Part shown: piece by piece, positions 14,672-26,690 of the stretch | How the letters are laid out: every line of letters starts with the position of its first letter | Position numbering within the stretch: the first letter of the stretch is position 1 | DNA from: Marsupella aquatica | Lineage: Eukaryota > Plantae > Marchantiophyta | NCBI GenBank assembly: GCA_973895155.1 | Contig: OZ316897.1 | Location: 3,239,416-3,303,415 of the forward strand | DNA length: 64,000 nt | Direction of reading: 5' to 3' | Notes under the pieces: model-generated | The model's input: only the letters and a program-made list of their open reading frames with translations | What the model was told of the DNA's origin: nothing | Databases searched by the model: none | Position numbers and translations under genes: made by a program

Positions 14672-14915
14672 AGTGTGGCGTCGATCGAGCACAAGGGATC
14701 GATCGTCGTCGTATGGGAGAGGAGAGGAGAGGAGAGAGACCGGACGACCCTACGGCACGAAGCTCGAGGAAGGGAAAGGCTCGACTTCTCTAGGCTCGGG
14801 CCTGGCCCAGGCCCGGTTGGGTCTGCGCTCTTGGCCGGGGGTATGAGTTTCGGACAAGCTCGTTCCGTCTGGCCTGGCCCCCTTCGGCCTCTCTTGAAAT
14901 ACCTCATGTTCGCCC

Positions 14916-15020
14916 GGCTCTCGCCTGGGCCCCTTTCGGTGCGTGGTCTTGGCTCTCGCCTGGGCCCCTTTCGGTGCGTGGTCTTGGCTCTTGCCTGGAC
15001 CCCTTTCCGTGCGTGGTCTC
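14916..15020. repeat. 3 x 35-bp GC-rich tandem repeat containing TGGGCC (site II-like) upstream of AP1G
   Basis: GGCTCTCGCCTGGGCCCCTTTCGGTGCGTGGTCTT at 14916, 14951 and (variant) 14986. Further GGCCC motifs occur at 14798-14880. Confidence 0.85.
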
Positions 15021-17959
15021 GTCGTCGTTGCTCGTTCCGTTGTCGAGGCTCTGGCCTTCCTTCCGCAATTTTTTTATTCGACCGTTCCGTTCTCCAGGCT
15101 CTCGGGTGGCCTGCCCCCAATTAGGCTGAGGTACTGGCTAGGGGCAGTCTCCGAAGGTACGTTGGTCTGTTTTTTTATTTGCTGGTTTTGTTCTGTGAGC
15201 TAGGGCCTGGCCCCTTTGGACTGAGGTACTGACGGTGGCTTTCATCAATCGTGTGTTGGTCTCCTTTCTTTTCCCCAGGCAGAGTGAGGCTCTGGCCTTG
15301 GCTCCTTAGGATTGAGGTCCAGGGGCCTTTTTCATCCATCTTATGCCCTATACACATGAGCCCTATGCCCATGCGTTGCACGTTACAAGAAGGGCCGGAC
15401 CATCGAGAATCGGGCCGGGGTATTTATGGAGCAATGTGAGGAAGCACATATGTGTCAAGGGTACCCATTTCCTCCATCAATGGTCAAGGAAAACAATCAA
15501 ACAAATCAAATGATTGTGTATCTTTCCTGCCCATGAGTTTTTTTGTATTGGAACGAAGGACGGAAAAACACGGGATCCCCTTATTATAGTTGTAAATACA
15601 TGCTTTTAGTGCAACTCAAGGCCTTTTTCATGTGTTGGCCTCCTTTCTTTACTCTGGTCGCTTTGGGGTCTGTCCTGGCACCCCGGCTTCAGCCTTCTTC
15701 ATTTATGTGTTGGCCTCAACCTATTTTTATGGGGGTGGCTAGGTTCCAACCCTGTAGGACTTGGGTGTGTTTTGAACCAAGTTGTGGCAAGTCTTGGGCA
15801 CATGGAATTAAGCAAACCAATGCAAGCACATTGTGCTCCTGAAGAAATCAAAAGACTATGTTTGTCTTATCAGCTAAGTAGCCAAACTTTCCAAAATGAG
15901 CGAGCAAAATAGAGATAGGACTAGTGAGTAGGCAGGGAAGTAGGGAGGGAGCGCATAGGAGTAGGTTTTATATCATTGCAGATAGAGATGGTGAATGAGT
16001 AGAGGGCAAGGTGGTGAAAAAGAAGGGAAAAAGACCTTTGTGCACTGTCAGGTGCAACAAAATTAATTTGTGGACGAGAACATCTTAGCAATTATAGCTG
16101 TGGTTTCCTTCCCATAGACAATAGCAACTAGCTGGCCCGGATTTCCTTCAACAACAGCTGCAACTTTGGATCAAACAATTCAGGCTTGGGCTCCTAGGCT
16201 CCCTCACATCATTCCCTAAAGCCTCCATAGTCAAGCTGCAGCTAGGGCTGCAATGTGACTGCTAAATGTGAAGTAGGGGAAGTCGTAAATCTATTGCAAT
16301 CGGGAGCAAGATTGCCCCACATACCTTATATTAATTTTCTTTGAGGAGTTGGAACTCCCTCACTTACCTCCAAAACACACACACAAAATCCCTCCCAAAA
16401 GCTCAGGCCCATGATTGTCTTGATTGTTGAGTGCCCATCCCCCAAAGTTTCTAACACTAGTACATTTTGGCACACAACATTATGACCCCCTTCAAGCAAA
16501 GTTAATTATGTGGCCTGCTGATAAGTATAAGAAACGTCTTGGAAATCTAATCTTAAGAAATATTGGATATTTCAAGAACATTCCAAAAAGATATTAAGGG
16601 TAAAAAATAGCATGCAAAGAGCTATAATTTCTTAAGTTTTAGGGTGTTTAATTTTGGACCCTACAATGTTGCAGGTGATGGGGGCGGGGTCCATCTATTG
16701 AGATCAACCCTCAAAAGCAGGAGTGATATCAGTTTGGGAAGCAAGGGAAGGCATGCACACCAGATGTACCCTTTAGAAAAACCATCTGACCACTAGAGTG
16801 CCAAATTTCAGAACCCGGAAGGCAATTCAAGAACCGGGAGGGTGGGGCTGAAGTTGTTTAGGATATCCAAAAGCCAGGACACGACAATTTTGGGAGATAA
16901 ACACAAGGCTTATTATTTTGGGTAAGTTTGCACTTTGGTACTCAACTACTGAAGACTGTTATATGACTAGTACATGAAGTCCTGTCAACATTTTGCACTC
17001 TACATGGAACTACAATCTACACTATTTGTCATAATCTATAGTCTTATTTCGGAAACAGTGTTTATCCTTAATTAATGTTAGTAAACCTAATTTAAGAGTA
17101 GGACAGGTTTGCATAGAAAAAAACACTAGAAGTTCTGGCATCTAATTTTTTTAGCTCAGACTATAGGGTAACCTTGAAATCTTACTTATAAAGTGTCAAC
17201 TCCAAGCTAGAGTTGGGACCTAGGCTTAATTCTACAGTGAAGTCTCTAGACCATAACTCGATGGCTCATCATGTGAATGGTTCACCATATGAATGGAAAA
17301 ACCATGACTATGATGTATGTAAAACTATAAGCATGCATGCTTTTACTTACATTAAAAAATATGCTCTATGGCCCCACCATAATATATGTGCAAAGAAAGA
17401 GGGATATTCATAAAAAAAGAGTATCATATCTTAGTTATGTATGATTATTAAAATGACTATATGCATGATAATTTTTATCATTTTATTAACCTACAAAGAC
17501 TATGAATAAGGAATATATTTTGGGGACATTTTTTTATATTGTCCTCCCTGCTCCCCGCCCCGCTCTTCACATTCAAAGAACGGGTAGTCGGGGCTAGTTC
17601 CATTAAATAACAAGTCTAACAAGTCACAGTTGTTAACTTGGGAGGTTAAGTTAGTGTATATTTTGGGGTACCATGTGCAATCCTATATAACCTAGCAAAA
17701 AAACACACAGTTTTAGCAGGAAAATATTCCAAGAATATTATTTATTTTTACTATTAATTACTTATTTGAATCTAAATATATATATTCTATAAATGTCAGT
17801 TTATATTACCTTCTTTTGCCTCCTACACTTCTTAAAATTTTAACTAATGTCTATCAAAAATACATATTTTAAATTGCATGTGGTTCCTAAGATTTTTGAT
17901 ATATAACACTTATCTTCCTACCACAATATCTTACTTACTTCCTCAACACTAAGGTAATC

Positions 17960-18180
17960 CCGTATGAACCGTATTACCCTTACTCTCCAAATATGTATAA
18001 GCCCAGTCAAACAAAACTAGATTTACACTGGTAATTGTTATCTACTTAGTGCACATGCTTACTATTAGACAATGTTAGTCCGCAATTAACACTGGAAATG
18101 TTAATTGAAAAGTAGCCAAACCCAAGATGTTAGGCTACACAATTCGTGTTACCAAGAGTAACTCAGGTGAACAATGTAGA
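17960..18180 (+). repeat. Dispersed repeat, homologous to 56100-56280
   Basis: Both loci share GTATT(A/C)CCCTTACTCTCCAA and CCCAAGA..TAGGCTACACAA.T.G.GTTACCAAGA.TAA....TGA.CA.TGTAGA. Confidence 0.7.
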
Positions 18181-18370
18181 TACTTAGAAAGCTAGAATGA
18201 TTACAAAGGTGCCTAGTCACGATTCATTTGCATCCTCACTGTTGAGGAAGTAAGTAAGACATTGTGGTTGCGGGAGCCCCGGCCGGAGGCTAGCATGACA
18301 TACCTATGGAGTTGTAGAAGAAGCTCCAAAGGTAAGACCTTAGTTTCATCCCCTTGAGCAAGCGTGATAA

Positions 18371-18580
18371 TGGGAACATACAATTATATATCTTGTTGCA
18401 TCCTTCACAAGCAGGTTATTTATGAAGCACCTATAGAAAGTTCCCATATTATATGCTGCACTCCCAAGAAACAAGGTGGGAACACATATATCTGGTTGCA
18501 TCCTTCACATGCAAGCAGGTTATTTATGAAGCACCTTAGACATTTCCCATGTTATATGCTGCACTCCCAAGAAACAAGGT
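18371..18580. repeat. Tandem duplication, 2 x ~105 bp
   Basis: TGGGAACA...GTTGCATCCTTCACA..GCAGGTTATTTATGAAGCACCT...TATATGCTGCACTCCCAAGAAACAAGGT occurs twice. Confidence 0.9.
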
Positions 18581-18893
18581 CGGAGTTCTGGGTGTGCTCA
18601 AGCATTGCAAAGGGAGCCCACACTTCACTGGCCAAGCGACTGAGTGTATGGGAAAATGAAGCAGGCTCAAGATGTGCAGTTTCCTGGCAAAAAGTCATAA
18701 TTTGGCAGCCACAAAGGTACAAGTTATCCTATGATGGCAGGGTAAGGTAGCTAGTAAGGACCAGGTTGACAAGCAAGCTACTGCAGCCAGGACTTTGGGA
18801 TCCTGGTTAGGGGGTCCAGACACTCAAACGTTGCACATGATGTATGCATGGCTAGGCATGCAACCTGGCGTTTTTTCAGTGACAACCCCGAGG

Positions 18894-19070
18894 TCTTGTA
18901 TACATATATGTACTTGAATGTGGAGAAACTAAAGTTTATTGTTAAACCAATTATAAAGCCTTTTGTAATGGTAGGGGGACACCCCTGAGATCTTGTATAT
19001 ATATGTACTTGAACGTTGAGAAACTAAAGTATTGTTAAACCAATCAACCCTTTTGTAATGGGTAGGGGGT
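18894..19070. repeat. Tandem duplication, 2 x ~90 bp
   Basis: TCTTGTATA..TATATGTACTTGAA...GAGAAACTAAAGT..ATTGTTAAACCAAT...CTTTTGTAATGG.TAGGGGG occurs twice. Confidence 0.85.
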
Positions 19071-19698
19071 GGGTTCCCCTGAAAGAACAATACTTTTTGT
19101 GAGAAGGGGCAGCAAACACCAAAGATCAAATTTAGTCTTGTACTTTAAATTCTTTCCCTTCTCACATTAACTGAGCAAGTCTTTTGTGATAGGCTCACCT
19201 GAAAAATAGTACTGTATAGATCGAGGTGTTCATTGTTCACAAAGAAGTTAAGATGAGTCTAAGTTGCAAGTTACATAAACCCTCCTTGTGAACCCTCCTT
19301 GTGTGGCTTGATCGGGTCTTCATTTGTATTTTAGTTGGTTTGCCAGACAAGCCCAAGACTCCTTCGTTGATTTTGAATGTCTTTGTCCTATGCACCTTAA
19401 TGGGCACAGATCTGGTTCGTGACCCCTCCTCAGGCTTCTCCTGGTCAAGCTTAATTTGTTGAAGACTCACAAGGCGGTTTGGGCTCCCATCAGGGCTCTA
19501 GCTAACCCGCCCCCTTGCACTCACAAGAAGGCTCACAGCTGGGGATTACACTCCGTAGCCTCCATTTTTCCACTCTTAACCACAATAACACTAATTCATG
19601 TAAACTAGTGTCAGCACAAAATTATTGTGACTAACACGACTTAACAAGTAGACCCTGAAAATTGGCGAAATTAGTGTAATTAATTCGCAGTAATTACG

Positions 19699-19898
19699 GA
19701 GCATTGTAGTAGTTTAGTTCCTCTTTCCTTACACTACACTACATGACCGTTTAACTTCAAGGATTTTGCTCGTTTCTTACTTTCGAGAATTCACTGAAGG
19801 TTTTACTCAACTCAAAGTTCTGGTTGCTGAAATTGTTAACCCCGTGTGGGCACAATGTCCACTCAAACTATACAGTGGGATTATATCCCACAATGCTC
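19699..19898. mobile_element. Putative ~200-bp MITE (Tourist/Harbinger-like ends)
   Basis: Imperfect TIRs GAGCATTGT...ACAATGCTC, with TAA following the right end. The right end is similar to 36996-37029. Confidence 0.4.
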
Positions 19899-19944
19899 TA
19901 ACCAGAACGTTACGCTATTCTAAAAATTCTACGAATCAGACCAT

Positions 19945-20450
19945 GGTGGCAGTGCGTCGTGTGTCCTGAGAGATGGTGGCAGTGCGTCTTGTGTTCTGAG
20001 ATAATCGACTGGAACTACTCACATTTGTTGCGTCTGGCTCGAAAGGGAGAAGATCCAATGCGTCACGTGTGTAGCGATTAATTTTAGAGAATGACAGAAA
20101 TATATAGCAATTATTGTTCTTGTTTTAACAGTCGACAGAGAGCGATCCATTTAACAGGACGTTCATTACCAACATCGGCTAGAAAACCACTTTTGCGGAC
20201 AGCTAAGTGATGGTGTATCTAGAAATCCAATGCGATTAATTTTCGAGAATGAGTGAAATATATTATTGTCCTGTTTTATCAGTCGATCCATTTAACAGTC
20301 CGACTTACATTACAAAGAATGAGTGAAATATATTATTGTCCTGTTTTATCAGTCGATCCATTTAACAGTCCGACTTACATTACAAAGATCTCTAGCTGGC
20401 TAGAAAACCACCCCGACTTGCGGACAGCTAAGTGATGGTGTACCTAGAAC
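19945..20450. repeat. Nested local duplications (2 x 30 bp; perfect 2 x 70 bp inside a larger duplication)
   Basis: AGAATGAGTGAAATATATTATTGTCC...CATTACAA at 20246 and 20316. GGCTAGAAAACCAC..TTGCGGACAGCTAAGTGATGGTGTA.CTAGAA at ~20177 and ~20398. TGGTGGCAGTGCGTC occurs twice at 19945-20002. Confidence 0.85.
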
Positions 20451-20599
20451 ACTTACTTAAGACCTTGAAATAAACTGTGCACAATATTGGGTCAACGACA
20501 CAAACTGACGATTGAGAGAACCGGTGGCAATTGATGTATACACGCCATATCGTCTATCCACAGCATGAAAGCAATTGAAATCAATCGCCAATAAACTAT

Positions 20600-21330
20600 G
20601 TCGCCCCCTAAATCATCCGGTCAACAATCGGTCATTCTGGATTGTAGCTATAAATCAAAAGTCCACCTAGCTAACAAATTGAAGGTCCTGATTGATCTAC
20701 CATGCTTGGAATGCTTACCTCCACCCCACTACTTTAGGTGGAGGAACAGTTACTTATGTTCAGTGAGAATGCGTTCTTCACCTCTTCAAGAATTTAAATG
20801 CCATGACACGCATGGCAAGCTGCAAATCCGTGGATCTTCAAATGACAATTAGAAAACCAGTGTAAATGAAAGCAAGGTTACCTACAAATTGCCCCGTACT
20901 GGATCTTTCACAATCGGAACTGTACAGACTGCAATCGTCATCGACCACTGAAATGTCCTTCCCAAAGCTTAAGAGAGCTTTATGAATGTCCTCAATAAAG
21001 CTCCAACGGCAAATGCCTCTCTTCGAAATGCAGTAGTTACTGCACGCTGCCAATTAAGAAACCGGCAAAACATCGATCCTCGGATGTTAATCTATGCATC
21101 CCACCGACAGTCTGAAGGAGACGGCATTCATCAGAGAATCTATGCTACACTTATCAGGGAAAACCAAATCATGCACAACAATACCCGAGAGGAACTAGGC
21201 AAGAGACTAAGCCTTGTGAAACAAACTTGATGACTTGGAGAAGAGCGGTTCTTGCAGAATGTTCAGATTCAATGGCTTAAAGTTTGAATACCAACTAGCG
21301 AACTTATTCAAACTCTTGAATTAGATTTCA
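20600..21330 (+). mobile_element. Possible decayed L1/Tx1-like LINE ORF2 fragment (post-endonuclease region)
   Basis: Broken frames give PHYFRWRNSYL (compare PFRF.N.WL) and EERFLQNVQIQWLKV (compare EE.FWRQ.SR..WLK.GD) in the expected order. There are many stops and no RT core. Confidence 0.35.
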
Positions 21331-22723
21331 TCGCTGAGTGCAGCCTATATATGAAGATTATGACAACAATCTTTTAATTAACTACAAACGAGAAAGAGGA
21401 ACATATTACCGAAAGCGAAGCTCAAGGCTTTCTTTACAGATATCCGCGATCATCCTGCAAAACAAAGAGTTAGTTCTTCGATGAAATTTAACTGCAAGGA
21501 GAAAGGAACTATGGTTGGGCCATTAAGCAGCTCATCGGAAAAGTAACAAAAGTACGTGATCTAACAATCAACGTACATGTCGACGATTAACTTGAGTGAA
21601 CCTTGAATTGACATTAAATTCATTCAGGGAGATTACGTTACCTGTCTAGACTCCAAAGCCGCAATGCTTAGTTACATAAAGAACTGGGCTGAAGTGAACT
21701 GAATAGAAGCATCAACGAGCTTACAAGTAGCAAAAATTTGAATCCAAACGCTTTAGCAAGACGATCGTAATTAACAGAGCGCCTGCTATAATATATACGT
21801 ACCTCGTTCGTCATACATGACAATAAAAACCTCAGATCTGGCACGCGATGCGGTTTCTAATGACAACATATTCCATCAGCTGTGCGTGAAGGTCAACTCG
21901 TATTTGACAATGCTACTGTACTTCCCTGAAGATGCAAATGTATCCTATTGAACCCGCTATTGAAGCAACGGGTGATAATGCATGAATCCTCAATAACTCA
22001 TATTAAGCAATGTAACTGAACATTCTTCGCTTCAAATAAAAATGCATAATAGGGCAACGCTTGTTAATGATTTGTGTTCTGCAGGAGAACCTCTTGGCCC
22101 AACATATACATTACCATATGAAGACTTGAACACTGGGGCTTGCATCCCATCGATCTGCTCTACTCTACCTACTTTAACGTACAGTTGCTTCTGCTAGACT
22201 GTCAATATCTCAAAGAAACAAACGCAGTCCTTCCAAACGCATGGTACGTCCTAGTAAACTCTTGTTGCAAGCGATCACAGGCCGAAAATCGAAGCTAAAT
22301 TAACTTGGAGAGGTTCTCTTGGAATTCTCAACTCTACATGTGTGCACACATCGTCATCATGATGTAATAATAGAGTAGATCCCTAATACGCTAACCAATT
22401 TTGTACATCAAAATCTACCCTAACATTGACGGTCCTCTGAATGTTGTGTTCTAACAAACTGTGTCGTCACGATCGATGTCCTCACATTTATCTGGCTGTG
22501 TTTATCTGGCTCTGTCCTACGCCTACCATTTTTGTAGATTTCCAGAATTTAGTTGACGCCGCCTGTGCAAATGAAGTGTGATAGTCGTGCCTCAAGCCCG
22601 GCCTCAAGCTGGAGGAAAAACTTCAGTTAATGTACCAGTAATTCTCAAGTCTATGTTCGGATAGAAGCTTTCCAACTGATATCAGATGCAATTGAGTCGC
22701 GGCTCCAACTAATACTACGCTTG

Positions 22724-24494
22724 TTAGCGTACGGTTGCCGCCGTTCTGATTTTCCCGTACGGGAGGTCGTAAATCAGAGCTCTGATAATCTCGTCTTCAA
22801 GAAGGTCTTGCGCGTTCATCATGCTCGTGCCGTTGTTGCCTGCGAGACAACTTACTTCGCTAATCATAGGTACTGCGCTCACAGGGGCAGCAGCAGCAGC
22901 AGCAGCTGCAGGTATATCCATGTCGCAAGTCTGGGGTTCTGTCACAGCCTGTGACTCTTTGCGTCTAAATTGTGGTTTCTTACACTTAATTTTCGCTTGC
23001 AAGGGACCTGAAGCGTGTCCATCCCTCTTGCAGACGATGCGACAGATAACAGGAAAAGGTCGGGGTCTCCCTCCGCGCCGTAACACAACTCGCTCGGATT
23101 GGATATCCTCTGCAAGGCCGATTTCCTCCATGGTCCAAATTGACCACTTCCGGTCTCTTCTATTGCAGACCATATCTTTATTTGTTGACGCATCCACATT
23201 GGCGCCTGAGGCACTGGACAATTTTGGGGGAATGTTGCTACCATTTTTTAGCGCCACGTAACTCAAATAAGTTTTGTAAGCTACTGTTTGACCATTCTCA
23301 CGGATCGGGAATATACGGCCCTGCTGCTTCCATCGACACCCGTTTTCTGTTATTCGCAATCGCGTTGGTCGTTTCAAGCAGCTATACTTTGTAGCGCTGT
23401 AGAAGTAGTTCGTGCAGGCACCTGAGGATGGCAAATAGAATGAAGGCCTCGAGGTTAGTGTTAATTCTCTACAAAGCCTCCCACCATAATTATGCCTTGA
23501 AGATCTAAAGATTCTACAGTAGATAAACTGGTACTAAAGCAAACGACAGAATCTCGGGGGCTTCGTGGCAATTAAATTGAGTACTCTTTTGTTTCGTTTT
23601 TCGATCCCCGAATACAGATCTTCGAGATTCACATTTCTCTGACCTGTTTCCGCACCTGGAAGATGGCTAACCTCAGAGTTCTCGAAACAACCTACATATC
23701 CACACAGCTGATTCTAAATCACATGTCCTGGATTAATGAGTATTCTATTCTGCGTATAGAATATATGAAAATCGCGGTCGCAAATATGCGCTCCACTCGC
23801 GAAGAAGTAGAGTATCCTCGATCAGAGTGCTGGTTAGCTATTGAAGGCTTCTCTTAGATTCGATAGTCTGCAGAAAGAACTATTGCTATCGATATATATG
23901 AATGGACTACGACCTAGAAAACCTGTTACAAACTCTGGTTTAGACTGCCATTTGGAAGCAGAAAAAGTGAAAGATCGGTATGCTTTACCTTTGATCAGAT
24001 CCGCTGGATGTAGTGCATAGACATCGGCCTCCTTAATTGTAACAGGATGCGCGATGGAGTCTTGAGCGAGTTGTTTCCATCGGCGCAAAGATTGTACCAT
24101 TTCGATTTCTGCAAGTTTTAAGAACTTCGTTGGATTGACGTTCTTGCCATCACTTTTGGCATCTACAGCTTGTTTCCATTCCAATTTTTGGTTTTTGCTG
24201 TAAATCTTCTTCGGAATGCAGTGCGGCTGCTGCTGTTTTGCATTACAAGTAAGAAAACCAGTAGATTCCTCATTGACTCAGCTTAGACCATGGACTACGA
24301 GAGCAAATCACGGCGGTCATTATGCATAGTATCTATTTTAATATCAAAAGCTAAAGAAACAATTAGCACTAGTCAGCATGGCAGGGAACACCATTGGATA
24401 CCTTGAATAAATATTCATCCACCAAGAGGTTTTCTTCGAAGGGCTGTCCTTCCTCTTCGACTCTGAAAGCAATAATTCCAACTGGTTGAGTCAT
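22724..24494 (-). CDS. Divergent NAC (NAM/ATAF/CUC)-domain protein, ~344 aa; start and last exon uncertain
   Basis: Exons 24494-24402 (tentative), 24232-23989 and 23421-22724 are phase-consistent GT-AG. NAC-like subdomains occur in order: EIEMVQSLRRW, IKEADVYALHPADL, YFY..RLRITENGCRWKQQG, IRENGQTVAYKTYLSY, WTMEEIGL, VICRI. An alternative 3' splice 22733>22608 would end the protein at 22549. Confidence 0.7.
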
Positions 24495-26289
24495 TTGTCA
24501 AGAGTCGTTTGTCAATATATTGCAAGACAAGGCACCTCATATGAATCAGATCATCATGATAAACACAAGCTTGTTTTTCTTGAGTTTACCCGGAATCAAA
24601 CTCGCTTCAATGACGGCTACATTACTGTTCTTGCGCGCTTTCTTTCAAACAGCAATGCGAATTTGCCAAACGAGTAGCATTGCCTTACATATCTGATCAC
24701 GATCACTTTTCGGTAACAGCAAGTGGAAGCCGGGACACTGAGCATGCACGTGAGAAAGCTAGAAAATCACGCTCTCTCTAACCGTAATGCCAGATGATTA
24801 CACAACGCGCATCTATATCATCCACTGTCAATTTCAATCGACAGACCTTGCATCGAACTCAAAACTGTATTGGGCCGGCGTGGGAGTCTCAAAATAACGG
24901 AGCACAGTTTCCCAACAGGTCCCATCCTCAGTGTTGGCCATGCCTGAAGCCATGCATCCGCTAGTCGACATCATTCGTTCGTCGACATCATGTAACCTTC
25001 GAAGCCAGCGACGTATGCTCTCTCTTGCCAGACTCCAGCAGCCGATCCAGTCCAGCTATTTTCGCCAAGCCTAATAGGGTAGCTACTCACTAAAATGTGG
25101 GACTCATGCAGTCCACAACCGCAGTTTGTGGAACGGGATCCTGCTCAGAAGCCTCAGACAATGTAGGTTTGCAAAAACTATAGTTAGCAGTTGTCTCCCC
25201 AGAGAGCATTTAACAACTTAGCCATTTAGGAGGGTGAGGGGAAAATTACGCCTGCCATAGAAACGACACTCGAGCACACATTTCGACAGGTTCTTGTCTC
25301 TATAGCTCGCTACAATAATTTGTCCTTCAACGGCATCATTTCCGGCGTCCTGGACTCGCAAGAATGACCTCAACAGACGAGAGCGGAGCATGGCTCGTGT
25401 GGCCAGTTTCTGTCCCGTGGAGCAAGTGCAAGTTATGCAGCGCAGCCTAGGGAAGATATAGCTTCGCAAGCGTAGGAAGAAGTCATGGCTCGGCATGCAA
25501 TCTGTCCGACAATCCAAGCTCGAAATGATTGTTATTATGTGCATCTGCACTTGTAGCGTACTCCTCCTCCTCCTCCTCCTCTCGTCGTCCTCTTTCTCGA
25601 TCGATTGCCTTGCAAACAGTACCCCATGCACGTCACTTATCTTGTTGCTCCTCCTCAGTCTCCGATCCGGAGAGGGCCTCGCGATCGAGAGCCCTACAAA
25701 TCTAGAATAGATTCTAGAGAGAGGGTTCCGGTACGACTCAAGTACCGAGTGCCGTATCGTACCAAGAAGAAGAGAGAGAAGGACGCCATGTAATCAGATC
25801 GAAGCTCGATCCCAGGGACGAATATCCTGCAAAGGATTTTCATGCGCGAACAATCACAATCCCGAATTCGCTCCGTTGTGGATCGATGATGATACTGCAT
25901 TCTTTCTTCCCGACCTAATCTACTGAGATGCAGAATCCCAATCTGCAGGACGCTCTAAATCCCTTCGGAAGCTCGAGATCCAATCTCTACTTTGTTTACG
26001 AGAAAACTTGATAATATTAAATCGTCAGCGTTCGGCCCAGATCTAAATAGGTTTAGAATTACTTGGCACTAAGCAATTCGATTTCCCCATAAAGACACTT
26101 AGTCCAGAGCCTTTGACGTGGCTGTATAAATCTTGGACTAAACAAAGTGTGGGTAACCATTTTACACTATGCTAGTATTGCCATAAACTTGTATCCAAAT
26201 TACCATTTGCTGCATTACTGCATTCTATCCAAACAGCGCCATGACACAGATACGGCCAAGGTGGCCGTAAACTGTTTTATGCCCGGGAC

Positions 26290-26690
26290 TTAAGTCCTTA
26301 CAGTTGAAAAGTCTAAATATAAACTCCTTAAGAATCTTACAGCTAAAATTAAAGTCTAAATATAAGCCCCCTAAGAATCTTATGGTTGAAAAGTCTAAAT
26401 ATGGGAGAACAATTTGCTTAAATATAAATTGCTATGGGAGAACAATTTGCTTAAGGTTTATTTTTGTTGGACGTACCACCTTTACGGGGTAGTGTGTGTC
26501 AAAGTTCTCCCATACGGTTTTTGTTGTTGTTGGACTTACCACCTTTATGGGGTACATATTTTCAATTGGTAACCCATAAGGATTCTGTCCTGGCTGTAAG
26601 TTCGTCATGTCCTGAGCCATAACTCAGGTAAAACTGTGCTTTGACACTCCCTATAAGCCCCCTAAGAATCTTAAGGTTGAAAAGTTTTGC
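26290..26690. repeat. Mosaic of short internal repeats (possible subterminal repeats of a non-autonomous TE)
   Basis: TAAGAATCTTA..GTTGAAAAGTCTAAATATA occurs 3-4 times, TATGGGAGAACAATTTGCTTAA twice, and TTGTTGGAC.TACCACCTTTA.GGGGTA twice. Confidence 0.65.

Noticed and set aside
14348-15124. Long overlapping ORFs (258 aa on +, 205 aa on -)
   Set aside because: They arise from GC-rich promoter DNA, microsatellites (RERERE) and the 35-bp repeat, with no protein-like features.
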